From an uncultured Chloroflexia bacterium (lineage in GTDB: Bacteria; Chloroflexota; Limnocylindria; Limnocylindrales; CSP1-4): a stretch of DNA of 64,000 nucleotides. The notes beneath the pieces were generated by a model. That model did no database searches. It was not told the DNA's origin and saw nothing but the letters and a program-made list of their open reading frames with translations. Position numbers and translations under genes: made by a program. The stretch lies in the NCBI GenBank assembly GCA_963748625.1, contig CAVVJT010000004.1:128001-192000 (forward strand), read 5' to 3'. Below are positions 36,810 through 46,670 of this stretch, one piece after another (position 1 is the stretch's first letter; each line of letters opens with the position of its first letter).

Positions 36810-37874
36810 TCAGTACCCGGCGTCCGGGTCCACCACGTTGACCAGGGCCTGCCCTTCCGCGTAGCGGCGGAGGTTCTCGCAGAACAGGTCCACCGACCGG
36901 TCGACCACCCGCGCCGACGACCACGACGTGTGCGGCGTCAGGATCACGTTGGGCAGGTCGTAGAGGGGCGAGGCCGGCGGCAACGGCTCCTCGCGGAACG
37001 TGTCGAGCACGGCGCCGCCGATCCGGCCCTCGCGGATCGCCCGTGCCAGCGCCCGCTCGTCCACCAGCTCGCCGCGCGCCACGTTGATGAGCCAGGCGCC
37101 GGGCTTCATCGCGGCGAGTGCCTCGTCCGAGATCAGGTCGTGCGTGTCCGGCGTGAGCGGGGCGGCGAGCACCACGAAGTCCGATTCACCCAGCAGCTCG
37201 AAGAGCTGCTCCGGGGGCAGCACACGATCGAGCATCAGGGAGCCGAGATACGGCTCATCACCCGCGCCCGAGGGGGCGGCGGCACCCGCCTGTGGACGCC
37301 GGCGCGTCGCCACCACGCGGCACCCGAATGCGGTCCCCAGGGCGCCAACCGCCCGCCCGAGCGACCCGAGCCCCACGATTCCGATCGTGACATCGCGCAG
37401 CTCGCGGGCCTCGAGCGGCTGCCAGGTCCGCTCCGCCTGGAGCTCGAGCAGCGACGGGAGACGGCGCGAGACCGCCAGGATCATCATCATCACGTACTCG
37501 GCCACAGGGCGGCTGAACACCCCACGGGCGTTCGTGATGACCAGGCCGCGCCGGCGTGAGGCCGGGGTCAGCACCCGCTCCACGCCGGCCGTGGCGGAGT
37601 GCACCCAGCGCAGCGAAGGGGCGCGGCCCAGGATCCGGTCGAACAGGTCTGCGGGGAGGCGCCCGCGAAGCATCACCTCCACGTCGTCGAGCGGCCCGTC
37701 CGCATGGCCGTCGAAGCCGATGGTCACGATGCGCGAGCCCGGCGCCGCGGCGCGGATGATCTCGAGGTCGCGAGACCGGTAGCGCGCGGACAGGATGGGG
37801 GTGAGGGCGATGGCCGCGGGGACCCCGCCCGGACCAGCGCCGGGGCCCGGCCCGCTCGTCCCGTCCTCCGTCAC
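36810..37874 (-). CDS. D-2-hydroxyacid dehydrogenase
   Basis: WVHSATAGVE, TNARG, IVGLGSLG, APLTPDT, INVARG, LDTF.EEPLP, TPH. Confidence 0.9.
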   Translation of the reverse strand: MTEDGTSGPGPGAGPGGVPAAIALTPILSARYRSRDLEIIRAAAPGSRIVTIGFDGHADGPLDDVEVMLRGRLPADLFDRILGRAPSLRWVHSATAGVERVLTPASRRRGLVITNARGVFSRPVAEYVMMMILAVSRRLPSLLELQAERTWQPLEARELRDVTIGIVGLGSLGRAVGALGTAFGCRVVATRRRPQAGAAAPSGAGDEPYLGSLMLDRVLPPEQLFELLGESDFVVLAAPLTPDTHDLISDEALAAMKPGAWLINVARGELVDERALARAIREGRIGGAVLDTFREEPLPPASPLYDLPNVILTPHTSWSSARVVDRSVDLFCENLRRYAEGQALVNVVDPDAGY

Positions 37875-39106
37875 CGCGCTCCTCCTTCGACCCGGTTGAG
37901 GCCCACGCGCCGGACCCAGTCGGCCGGCCGGTCGATCTCCTCGGGCGTCGGCATCATCTCCGGACCGTCCCACAGCCTGCGCAGGGCCGTCGCGCCCGCG
38001 AGCCGCTCGATCCCCGCGACGAAAAGCTCGCCCTTACGGTACTGCTCCATCTTGAGGTCCATGCCCGTGATCCGCAGCATGGCGCGCTCGAACGGCGTGC
38101 GCTGCTCGCGGCGGCCATGGAAGCGCGCCGAGATCCGCTCCACCCCGGGCACGAGGTCCTTGCCCACGGTGTCCATCACGTGATCGCCGTAGCCCTCCAG
38201 GAGTGCCATCACGGCCTGCGTCTCGCGGAACAGCCGGCGCTGCTCGTCCGACATCAGGCGCTCCATCCAGTGCTGGTCGTCCCCGCGGCCTTCGCCACGC
38301 AACGAGGCGCCGATCGCCCGCATGGCGTCGTGGCCCATCGTCCGCGCGTCGGCCGAGAACAGGGCCAGCTGCCGCTCGAGGCGCTCGGCGAGGTACGGGC
38401 GCAGCCAGGGGTGCGCCTCGAACTCGAACGCGTGCGTCGTCTCGTGGAGCGCGATCCAGGTGCGGAACGGCCCCAGCGGCACGTCCATCACCTTCGCCGT
38501 GTGGCGGATGTTCTCCTCCACGAACAGCAGGCGCCCGGGCGTGGTCTCTGCGGTCAGCAGGGCGATGTCGTACTGGCCCTGGACCCGCTGGCCCATGAAG
38601 CCCAGCAGCAGGCCCATCTGGCGCGTGGTCACCCAGCGGTTCGCATAGGTGATGGTGGCCTTCGCCATACCCGCGCCCGGCGGCAGCATCTGCTCGAGGA
38701 GCCCTTCCTCCAGGCGGCCGATGAGGCCGGCGAAGGCGGACGTGTTGGCCCGCACCCATCCCGCCCGGTCCACCACCGCCACGCGGTCCACCACGCCCGG
38801 CAGGTCGGTCTCAAGGTGCGCGGACAAGGCAGGGACGACCCGTGCCATCGCTGCGGCGTACTCGGCCTCGGCGGCTCGCAGCTCGGCCTGCGACAGGGTG
38901 CCCGGCGCGCCCCGGAGGCGCGCGATCGCGATGTCCTCCACGCGCCGCCAATCCACGAGGCCTGCGTTGCGGGCGTTGCGCTCCATCTGGCGGCCTGCGA
39001 CCGTGACCGCAGCCCCCAGCACGGACCCCACCACGAACCCGACCTTCCAGAGGCGGTCGTCGGAGATGGGTCCGCCGCTCCGGCGCGGCGGCTCCGTGGC
39101 CGGCAT
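37871..39106 (-). CDS. Zincin-like metalloprotease (Zincin_2/DUF2342)
   Basis: GLVDW, VDRAGWVRAN, GQYD, WIALHETTHAFEF, MALLEGYGDHVMD, KMEQYRKG, EEIDRPADW. Confidence 0.85.
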   Translation of the reverse strand: MPATEPPRRSGGPISDDRLWKVGFVVGSVLGAAVTVAGRQMERNARNAGLVDWRRVEDIAIARLRGAPGTLSQAELRAAEAEYAAAMARVVPALSAHLETDLPGVVDRVAVVDRAGWVRANTSAFAGLIGRLEEGLLEQMLPPGAGMAKATITYANRWVTTRQMGLLLGFMGQRVQGQYDIALLTAETTPGRLLFVEENIRHTAKVMDVPLGPFRTWIALHETTHAFEFEAHPWLRPYLAERLERQLALFSADARTMGHDAMRAIGASLRGEGRGDDQHWMERLMSDEQRRLFRETQAVMALLEGYGDHVMDTVGKDLVPGVERISARFHGRREQRTPFERAMLRITGMDLKMEQYRKGELFVAGIERLAGATALRRLWDGPEMMPTPEEIDRPADWVRRVGLNRVEGGAR

Positions 39107-40056
39107 CAGCCCGAGGCCCCCCGCTCCATGGACCAGAGCTCGATGGAGCTGAGCTCGACGGCGTCCACGTCCGGGAACGCCTCCCCGAACATCCGCGAAG
39201 CAATCGCGCGGAACCGCTCCACGTCGCCGGTCGTCAGCTGCACGTGGGTGGGCGGGGCGCCGTACGTCTCGGCGGGGCGCGAGTGGCCTGCGGCGCCCGG
39301 ATCGGCGGCGGTGCCGCGCGTGGTGCCCGGGGCCTCGAGGCCGTTGACCGACAGCAGCTCAGCAAGGGTGGCGGCGGTCGCCGTGGCGGAGTCCACGATC
39401 GCGACGCGGTCGCCCACGATGGCGGTCAGGATCGGGCGCAGCAGCGGGTAGTGGGTGCAGCCCAGGAGCAGTGTGTCGATCTTGGCCGACGGCGGCCTCG
39501 GGAACACGAACTCCCCTGCCCCGTCGCGCTCGCCAAGCAGCGGCGCAAGCTCCTCCTCCACGACCGCCTCGAGCTCAGCACCCGAGAGGATGCCCGCCTC
39601 CACCATCGGCACGAAGCGTGGCGTGGCGTGCTCGTACACCTCGACCGCCGGGTTCTCGTCCTTGATCGCGTTGAAGTACGCGTGGGAGCGCACGGTGGCG
39701 GGGGTGGCGATCACGCCCACGCGCCGGTTGCGGGTCGCAAGGGCCGCAGCCGCAGCACCCGGCCGCACGACGCCCAGGACCGGCAGGTCGTACCGCGCAC
39801 GCAAGTCGCGCAGGGCGACCGCCGTGGACGTGTTGCAGGCGACCACGAGCGCCTTGACATCGCGCTTGGCGAGCTCGTCGAGCGCCTCCATGGAGAACTG
39901 CCGGACCTCGTCGTCGGAGCGGACGCCGTACGGGGCGCGCGCGTTGTCGCCCAGGTAGATCGTGGACTCGTGGGGCGAGCGGCGCAGGATCTCGCGCAGG
40001 ACGGTCAGACCGCCGACGCCCGAGTCGAAGACGCCGATGGGTCGCGGGTCGGACAC
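39106..40056 (-). CDS. murI: Glutamate racemase
   Basis: IGVFDSGVGGLTV, ACNTST, LGCTHYP. Confidence 0.96.
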   Translation of the reverse strand: MSDPRPIGVFDSGVGGLTVLREILRRSPHESTIYLGDNARAPYGVRSDDEVRQFSMEALDELAKRDVKALVVACNTSTAVALRDLRARYDLPVLGVVRPGAAAAALATRNRRVGVIATPATVRSHAYFNAIKDENPAVEVYEHATPRFVPMVEAGILSGAELEAVVEEELAPLLGERDGAGEFVFPRPPSAKIDTLLLGCTHYPLLRPILTAIVGDRVAIVDSATATAATLAELLSVNGLEAPGTTRGTAADPGAAGHSRPAETYGAPPTHVQLTTGDVERFRAIASRMFGEAFPDVDAVELSSIELWSMERGASG

Positions 40057-40079
40057 GGCTGCCGGACGCCTCGCCGGGC

Positions 40080-41219
40080 CTAGCGCCGGGCCGCGACCGG
40101 GGCCGCCCGGCCCAGGAGCTCGGTCGCGGTGCGCATGACGTCCTGGCTGATCTGGGCGGACGGATCCGCGAGGACGAACGGGATGCCCTCGTTGTTGGCG
40201 CGCACGACCAGGGCACCACCCGAGCTGATCGAGTGCTCCGGCTTGCGGCCCAGCGCACGATTGAGCACCTCGGGGTCGAAGCCGCCGCTGGAGTCCGAGC
40301 GGTTGATGAGGTAGCGGACCTTGGTGGGCGGGTAGCCGATCATCCGGAAGGCGTCGGCCATGACCATCGTGCTGTGGATGGTGGTCGAGTCGTAGGTGAC
40401 CACCTCGAGGATCGTGTCCGATGCGTCGAGGAACGCGAGGTTGACATCGTTCACAACCGCGGGTGTGTCCACGATCACCACCTCGTAGACACGGCGCAGG
40501 AGTGAGAGCGTCTTCTCGAGATCACGAACGGTGACCATCTCGGCCATCTCGACGCGCGGCGGTGCAAGCAGGATGTCGATGCCGGACGGATCGCGCCAGA
40601 GCACGTCGGCGAGGTCGGACTCCTGGATCCGGTCCGTGGGCAGGTCGAGCAGCGATGGCGCCTCGGACGGGACCTTGAGCAGGGCGCGCATGTCGCCGAA
40701 CTGCAGCGAGCCGTCGATCAGGACGGTCTTCAGGCCGAGCTGGCCGATGCCGACCGCCATGTTGAACGCGAGGGTGGTCTTGCCGACGCCGCCCTTGGGC
40801 GCGAAGACCGTGATCATCCGCGCCGTGCCCACCGAGTCCGCCACCTGGGCAGCTTCGTGCACCCGCTGGACACCGTTCACGAGCTCGTAGCCGGTGAACG
40901 GCATGCCGAGAACGGCAGAGATCCCGTTGTAGGGATCCACGCTCACCGGGTTCTGGGGCACGGTGAGCACGATCACGGGGATCCGCATACCGGACTGGTT
41001 GATCTGGGCGACCAGGTTCATGCCCTTGAGGCGGCCTTGCAGGAGCGCGTCCACCAGGATCACGTCAGGCCGGAGCTCGTTGATCAGGTTGAGGACACGC
41101 GTCCCATCGGACACGACGTCCAGCAGCTTGATCACGGACTGCGAGTTGAGCAGCCCGCGGATGTACTGGGTGACCTGGGGGACGTCCTCGACGACGAGCA
41201 GGCGGATCTGGTCGGGCAT
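40080..41219 (-). CDS. Second receiver-CpaE/MinD-like ATPase fusion
   Basis: RLLVVED, PDVILVD; Walker A APKGGVGKTT; IDGSLQFGD; YEVVIVDTP. Confidence 0.87.
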   Translation of the reverse strand: MPDQIRLLVVEDVPQVTQYIRGLLNSQSVIKLLDVVSDGTRVLNLINELRPDVILVDALLQGRLKGMNLVAQINQSGMRIPVIVLTVPQNPVSVDPYNGISAVLGMPFTGYELVNGVQRVHEAAQVADSVGTARMITVFAPKGGVGKTTLAFNMAVGIGQLGLKTVLIDGSLQFGDMRALLKVPSEAPSLLDLPTDRIQESDLADVLWRDPSGIDILLAPPRVEMAEMVTVRDLEKTLSLLRRVYEVVIVDTPAVVNDVNLAFLDASDTILEVVTYDSTTIHSTMVMADAFRMIGYPPTKVRYLINRSDSSGGFDPEVLNRALGRKPEHSISSGGALVVRANNEGIPFVLADPSAQISQDVMRTATELLGRAAPVAARR

Positions 41220-41248
41220 TGGCGGGACGATACCACCTCGCGCCGGGG

Positions 41249-42028
41249 CTACGGCTTGCGGGCCACCAGCACGGCGCGTTCGGCGCCCGGCCCGATCTCG
41301 CCCAGCTCGTAGTCACCGGCGAGCGTCTCCACTTCGAGCCCGGCGGCCTCCGCCATGTCCACGAGGTCATCGCCTGACAGCAGGCGCAGGCGATCGGTGC
41401 GGACCCAGCGGACGGGAGCCTCGCCGGGACGCCCTTCCTCGAAGATGGTCGTGAGGCGCACGGACGAGGAGGCGGCGTCGTAGATGGCGCTCCCGGTCTT
41501 CGTGACCTCGTTGCCGGTCTCGGGATCGGTGCGAACCCACTCCAGGACGAGCCGGCCGTCGTAGCGGGCGAGGTCCTCCGCGTCAGGCAGCCAGGCATCG
41601 ACCATCGCAAGGCCGCCGGGCTCGAGGTGCGCCGCAAGGGTCGCCACGGCCGCTGCCTGGTCAGCGCGGGAGCCCATCAGGAAGATCGAGTTGAGCGGAA
41701 TGCACGCGAGGCCGAATGCTCCCGCCTCGGGCAGGCGGACGGAGCGTGCGTCACCCTCGACGAGGCGGAGACGGCGCGCCACCGAGCGGCCGGCGGCGTC
41801 GGCCAGGCGCCGGGCCCTCGCCAGCATCGCCTGGTCAAGGTCAACGCCCGTGACCTCGAAGCCGTCCCGGGCCAGAGGGATCGCCAGGCGGCCCGAGCCC
41901 ACGGCCAGCTCGAGGACCGGCCCGCCGGAGCGGGCAGCGAGCGCGAGCAGCAGGTCGAGGTCGCCCGGATCCTCCGAGAGGTCCAGGTCGTAGAGGCGGG
42001 CGAGGGCCGCCGCCGGGGCTTCGGGCAT
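41249..42028 (-). CDS. Class I SAM-dependent methyltransferase
   Basis: LYDLD, PVLELAVGSGR, GVDLDQAML, VEGDAR, HLEPGG. Confidence 0.88.
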   Translation of the reverse strand: MPEAPAAALARLYDLDLSEDPGDLDLLLALAARSGGPVLELAVGSGRLAIPLARDGFEVTGVDLDQAMLARARRLADAAGRSVARRLRLVEGDARSVRLPEAGAFGLACIPLNSIFLMGSRADQAAAVATLAAHLEPGGLAMVDAWLPDAEDLARYDGRLVLEWVRTDPETGNEVTKTGSAIYDAASSSVRLTTIFEEGRPGEAPVRWVRTDRLRLLSGDDLVDMAEAAGLEVETLAGDYELGEIGPGAERAVLVARKP

Positions 42029-42045
42029 GGCTGGAGCGTGCCTTC

Positions 42046-43107
42046 CTAGCGCCCTGGGCGCTCGAAACGGATGGTCGCGCCGGCCTGGCGCTTCGCGGCG
42101 AGGGCGCTGATCACCTCCAGCGCCACCCGGTTGGCGACCATCGCCGTCACTTCGGCGTGGTCGTAGGGAGGGCTCACCTCGACGATGTCCATGCCGGCGA
42201 TCTCCACCGCACCTGCAATCCGCCGGACCGCCCGCAGCAGCTCCCGCGGCAGGAGGCCGCCGGGCTCCGGGGTGCCGGTTCCGGGCGCCGAGCCCGGGTC
42301 GATGACGTCGATGTCCACCGAGATGTAGATCGCGTCCGGGCCGTCGAGGGCCTCGGCGATGGCATCGTCGATCACGGCTTCGGCGCCCCGCTCCTCCACC
42401 TCGCGCATGAGGTGCCAGCGCAGCCCCTGCTCCTTCATCCACTCGAATGTCTCGACCGGGGGCCAGTACCCCCGCAGGCCAACCTGGACGAAGTTGCGGC
42501 CCTTGACCGCGCCACTCTCGATGAGCCGGCGCATCGGCGTCCCGTGGCTCGCCAGCACGCCAAAGACGTCGCTGGCGGTGTCCGCGTGGGCGTCGAAGTG
42601 GACGATGCCGATGGAGCCGGGCCTCCGCACCTCCGCGACCGCGGTGGCAGACGGCCAGGTGATGGAGTGGTCACCGCCGAGCACGATCGGGATCGCGCCG
42701 GTCGAGGCGACATCGTGGACCTTGCGGTAGATGAAGCTGTGGGACCGCGCGATCCAGGACGGGACGATGTTCGCGTCGCCCGCGTCCACGACGGTGAGGA
42801 TGTCGAGGGGCTCGACACCCATCAGCTGGAGGGAGTGGATGGAGCCGGACGAGTACTGGGCCTCGCGGATGGCTCGCGGGCCGAACCGGGCGCCCGGCCG
42901 GTGGCTGGCCGCGTCGTCGAAGGGCGCGCCGATGATCGCGATATCCGTGTTCCGGGCGCGGATCTCGGCCGGGTCGGTGACGTACGGCAGCTTGTGGAAG
43001 GTCGGGATGCCGACGTAGGTGGGCAGATCGTAGTCGTCGAACGCCTCGTAGGGCTGATCCCAGCCGTTGCGGGCGGCGAATTCGACGTCCTGCGGACGCT
43101 CGGCCAC
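42046..43107 (-). CDS. speB: Agmatinase-family ureohydrolase
   Basis: GARFGPRAIR, GGDHSIT, HFDAHADT, SHGTP, SVDIDVIDP..APGTGTPEPGG, EVSPPYD. Start uncertain (43107, 43116 or 43182); substrate not certain. Confidence 0.85.
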   Translation of the reverse strand: MAERPQDVEFAARNGWDQPYEAFDDYDLPTYVGIPTFHKLPYVTDPAEIRARNTDIAIIGAPFDDAASHRPGARFGPRAIREAQYSSGSIHSLQLMGVEPLDILTVVDAGDANIVPSWIARSHSFIYRKVHDVASTGAIPIVLGGDHSITWPSATAVAEVRRPGSIGIVHFDAHADTASDVFGVLASHGTPMRRLIESGAVKGRNFVQVGLRGYWPPVETFEWMKEQGLRWHLMREVEERGAEAVIDDAIAEALDGPDAIYISVDIDVIDPGSAPGTGTPEPGGLLPRELLRAVRRIAGAVEIAGMDIVEVSPPYDHAEVTAMVANRVALEVISALAAKRQAGATIRFERPGR

Positions 43108-43212
43108 GGGGTTCACCTCGCGGGGTGCGGGAGTGCGCCGCCAGTTCGGGTCCACCGCCCGGCGGGGCGCGCCGCCGGGCATCGTACCGGGTGGAGAGTG
43201 GATGCGGGGGCG

Positions 43213-44424
43213 TCAGGCCTCGCCGCGGAACTCCGTCCAGGCGGCTGCGACCTTCGCGGGGTCGAGCAGCAGGTCGAGCGCCGTCTGGGCGACCAGGTTC
43301 GCCGCCAGCAGGACCGTGTTGTCCGCGAAGGGACGGGCGGCGGCGTCGCGGAACTCGGTCGAGTGGCCGGGGGTGCGGGCCTCGGTGATGGTGAGCGTCG
43401 GGTGGATCGAGGGGACCACCCACGACACGTTCGCCATGTCCGTGGAGCCGGCCTCGAGGTCGATCCCGTGGTCGTGGATGCCGTACGGGGCGCTGTTGGC
43501 CCGCCACAGGTCCGCCAGGACCTGGTTGTTCTTCATCGTGCAGGCCCAGCCGGAGAACTCCACGCTGACCTGGCAGTCCGCGGCGAGCGCAGCGGCCTTG
43601 CAGAGGTCGGTGAAGCGGGCCTTCATGACCTCGTAGTAGGCCTGGTCGGCGCTGCGGATCATGAACCAGGCGCGTGTGCGGTCCGGGATGATGTTGGCGG
43701 CCGTCCCGCCTTCCTGGATGATCCCGTGGACGCGGGTGTGGGTCGGGAGCTGCTGGCGCCACATGCCGACGGACACGAACAGCCCGATCATCGCGTCGAG
43801 GGCGTTCCTGCCCATCCACGGGTCGGACGCGGCGTGGCTCTGGAGGCCGGTGAAGATCACAGTCACGTCCTCGGACGCGAGCGGCGCGATCTCGACGCGG
43901 TCGATGTCGGAGGGGTGGAACAGGAGCGCGGCGTCGACGCCCTCGAAGAGGCCGTCCTTGATCATGATCTCCTTGCCGCTCCCCCGCTCCTCCGCCGGGG
44001 TGCCGAGGAACACCACCTCGCCTGCCCACTGGTCGCGGATCTGCGCGAGGGCGATCGCGGCGCCCACGCCCGAGGCTGCCATCGTGTTGTGGCCGCACCC
44101 GTGACCGAGGCCTGGGAGCGCGTCGTACTCGGCGAGGACGGCGATGCGCGGGCCGTCGGCGCCCTTGCCGCCGGTGATGCGACCCCGGACGGCGGTGGCG
44201 AGGGAGCCCGCGGGGGCCTCGACCTCGTAGCCGTGGCGGGCGATCGCCTCCGCGACCCAGGCGGCGGCCTTGACCTCCTCGAAGGCGGGCTCGGGGTTGG
44301 CGTGGATCCGGTGGCTCAGGTCGAGGATCTCGTCCCTGGCCGCCAGGATCGCGGCTGTGGCGGCGGCCTTCTGCTCGGGGAAGGGACCGGCAGGCGTGGT
44401 GGCAGTGGTCAGCGGCTCGGGCAC
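43213..44424 (-). CDS. M20 amidohydrolase (AbgB/PM20D2-like)
   Basis: HANPEPAFEE, AEYDALPGLGHGCGHN, GTPAEE, GSTDMANVS. Confidence 0.88.
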   Translation of the reverse strand: MPEPLTTATTPAGPFPEQKAAATAAILAARDEILDLSHRIHANPEPAFEEVKAAAWVAEAIARHGYEVEAPAGSLATAVRGRITGGKGADGPRIAVLAEYDALPGLGHGCGHNTMAASGVGAAIALAQIRDQWAGEVVFLGTPAEERGSGKEIMIKDGLFEGVDAALLFHPSDIDRVEIAPLASEDVTVIFTGLQSHAASDPWMGRNALDAMIGLFVSVGMWRQQLPTHTRVHGIIQEGGTAANIIPDRTRAWFMIRSADQAYYEVMKARFTDLCKAAALAADCQVSVEFSGWACTMKNNQVLADLWRANSAPYGIHDHGIDLEAGSTDMANVSWVVPSIHPTLTITEARTPGHSTEFRDAAARPFADNTVLLAANLVAQTALDLLLDPAKVAAAWTEFRGEA

Positions 44425-44434
44425 GGGTGCGCTC

Positions 44435-44809
44435 CTAGCGTTCGGCGGAGAGGGTGATCTCCGCCACGACGAAGATGGCGGCGAGGAACAGGAGGATCGG
44501 CAGCTGGAAAGCATCCACGAGGCGCAGGACGACGAGCGCGGTGGCGAACAGCCCGACCCAGGCGCCGCGGCGGCCGGCCCGGACCCAGTCACCCTGGTAG
44601 GCGATCCGGCGGTGCCGTGCGAAGACGACCAGCCAGGCGAGCGGTGCGGCCGTCAAGCCGACGGCGGTCCCGATCAGCAACGCGCCGACGTAGCCCGCCA
44701 CCGGGTCCGCGTAGGGGTCCCGGGTGGTGACGAGGACGCCGACCAGCACCCAGGCGACAAGCGCGAGGGCGAGCAGGACGAGGTTGGCGATCCGGTCCCG
44801 GGTCTCCAT
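44435..44809 (-). CDS. Small 4-TM membrane protein
   Basis: Four hydrophobic segments; upstream TAGACT hexamer. Confidence 0.75.
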   Translation of the reverse strand: METRDRIANLVLLALALVAWVLVGVLVTTRDPYADPVAGYVGALLIGTAVGLTAAPLAWLVVFARHRRIAYQGDWVRAGRRGAWVGLFATALVVLRLVDAFQLPILLFLAAIFVVAEITLSAER

Positions 44810-44996
44810 CTGGAACCGAGTCTACCGATGGGGTCGTGTCGCGGGGCGGTGGCCCTGCGTGGAGGCCGCCCGGCGACCGGTTCAGGCCCGACGAGCGCCA
44901 TGACCTCGGTTCGCACCGCCCGGCGGCAAGAAGGTGCGGCATCCTGCACATAAGGCCCGCTCAACGGGATGCGACGGCTCGGCGGCGCGACAGGCC

Positions 44997-45782
44997 CTAC
45001 TCCTCGAAGGCCGCGAGTGCCCCGGGAAGGTCCGCGAGCGCGTGGACCTCGAGGTCCGCATCCACCTCGCCATCCCGCTCGGAGCCCGGCAGCGGCGAGT
45101 CGCCTGGGCGGACTGTGAGGTAGCCGGCCCTCCAGCCCGCCCGTTTCGCGCCTACCACGTCCGCGGCCCAGTCGTCGCCCACGTGGAGGATCGACATCGG
45201 GGAAGGGTCACCGAGCGCGGAGCGGGCCGCGGCGAAGATGGCCGGGTGGGGCTTGATCGTCCCCACACGCTGCGAGACCACGATGGCCGCGAGCAGTGGT
45301 CCCCAACCGCGGGCCTCCACGTACCGGTCGATGGTCGCCGCGAGCGGCCAGTTCGACAGGATCGCGACCCGGTACCGCGCGGCAAGTGTCCGCAGCACCG
45401 CCTCGGCGGCCGGGTCCGGAGGCAACGCGTCCACGAACGAGCGCGAGTAGGTCTCGACGATGCCCGCCACCTCGGCCGGGGTGGACCAGGCCGCGGCCGC
45501 CATGTCGTCCCACGGAGCGTCCGCCGGCGGCACCGTCATCCCCCGCAGCCGCGCCACCACCCTGACCACCCGTTGCGCGAGATCCACCTCGCGGAACTGC
45601 GGAACCTCGTCGCGGAACTGGCGCTCGCGCTCCTCGTGCCAGGCCGCCAGCACGTCGGCCACCACGAACGGCCCCAGCCGCTCCGCCATCGCCTCGGCCG
45701 TGATGGCCACGACAACCCGAAGCCCGCCCGCCGGCACCGGGACCAGCGTGTTGCCGAAGTCGAGCGTGACGACCTCGATCAC
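44997..45782 (-). CDS. HAD-superfamily hydrolase
   Basis: LDFGNTL, ILSNW, KPHPAIF, HVGDDWAADVVGA; GTGA overlap with the methyltransferase. Confidence 0.88.
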   Translation of the reverse strand: MIEVVTLDFGNTLVPVPAGGLRVVVAITAEAMAERLGPFVVADVLAAWHEERERQFRDEVPQFREVDLAQRVVRVVARLRGMTVPPADAPWDDMAAAAWSTPAEVAGIVETYSRSFVDALPPDPAAEAVLRTLAARYRVAILSNWPLAATIDRYVEARGWGPLLAAIVVSQRVGTIKPHPAIFAAARSALGDPSPMSILHVGDDWAADVVGAKRAGWRAGYLTVRPGDSPLPGSERDGEVDADLEVHALADLPGALAAFEE

Positions 45783-46666
45783 GACCCAACCCCCTCCCCG
45801 TCGGCCGCGAGCCGCGCCCGGGCGATCTGGACTGCCGCCGGGTTCCGGTCCACCAGCAGCCAGCGCCGTCCCAGCCGCGCAGCCGCCACGCCCGTCGTCC
45901 CCGAACCCGCGAAGGGGTCCAGCACCAGGTCACCCGGCCGGCTCGACGCCGCCACGATCCGTTCCAGCAGCCGGACCGGCTTCTGGGTCGGGTAGCCCGT
46001 CCGCTCGGCCGAGGCCGGCGGCACGATCGTCATCCACCAGACGTCGGTGGGCAGCTTGCCGCGGGACGCCTTCTCAGGCCCCACCAGCCCCGGCGCCATG
46101 TACGGGATCCGGTCGACCGCGTCGCGCTCGAACCGCCAGTCCTCCCCCTTCGCGTACCAGAGGATCGTGTCGTGCTTGCGCGGCCACCGGTCCCGGTGCC
46201 GGCCCCCGTAGTCGTAGGCCCAGATGATCTCGTTGAGGAACCGTTCCGGCCCGAACACATCGTCCAGCAGCAGCCGCACGTGGTGCGATGTCCGCCAGTC
46301 CACGTGGAGGTACAGCGAGCCATCGTCCGCGAGCACCCGGTGCACCTCCTTCACCCGGGCCTCGAGCGCCGCCAGGTGCTGGTCCAGCGGCAGGTCGTCC
46401 TCGAAGGCGAGGTCCTGGACCACTTTGTAGCGGTACTCCCGCCCGCCGAACCCGCGCCGTGTCCGCTCCCCCGCCCCCGTACGGATGGACGCCAGCCGCT
46501 GCTGACGACCGGTCGCGAACGGCGGATCCGCGTAGGCGAGGTCCACGCACCCGTCCGGCAGCGCCGCGAGCACGTCGAGGTTGTCCGCCTCCACGACCGC
46601 GCCCCGCGCGCTCCCGTCGAGCACCGCCGAGACGGCGGCCTGGTCTGCATCCGTCAGCGGCACCAC
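45779..46666 (-). CDS. Site-specific DNA amino-methyltransferase (N6A/N4C, beta class)
   Basis: Catalytic DPPF precedes YPTQKP and the SAM-binding VLDPFAGSGTT. Confidence 0.9.
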   Translation of the reverse strand: MVPLTDADQAAVSAVLDGSARGAVVEADNLDVLAALPDGCVDLAYADPPFATGRQQRLASIRTGAGERTRRGFGGREYRYKVVQDLAFEDDLPLDQHLAALEARVKEVHRVLADDGSLYLHVDWRTSHHVRLLLDDVFGPERFLNEIIWAYDYGGRHRDRWPRKHDTILWYAKGEDWRFERDAVDRIPYMAPGLVGPEKASRGKLPTDVWWMTIVPPASAERTGYPTQKPVRLLERIVAASSRPGDLVLDPFAGSGTTGVAAARLGRRWLLVDRNPAAVQIARARLAADGEGVGS

Positions 46667-46670
46667 GACC

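Noticed and set aside
43110-43210. Guanidine riboswitch upstream of the ureohydrolase
   Set aside because: No paired ACGR tetraloop hairpins or other recognisable ykkC-class consensus; only a generic GC hairpin.
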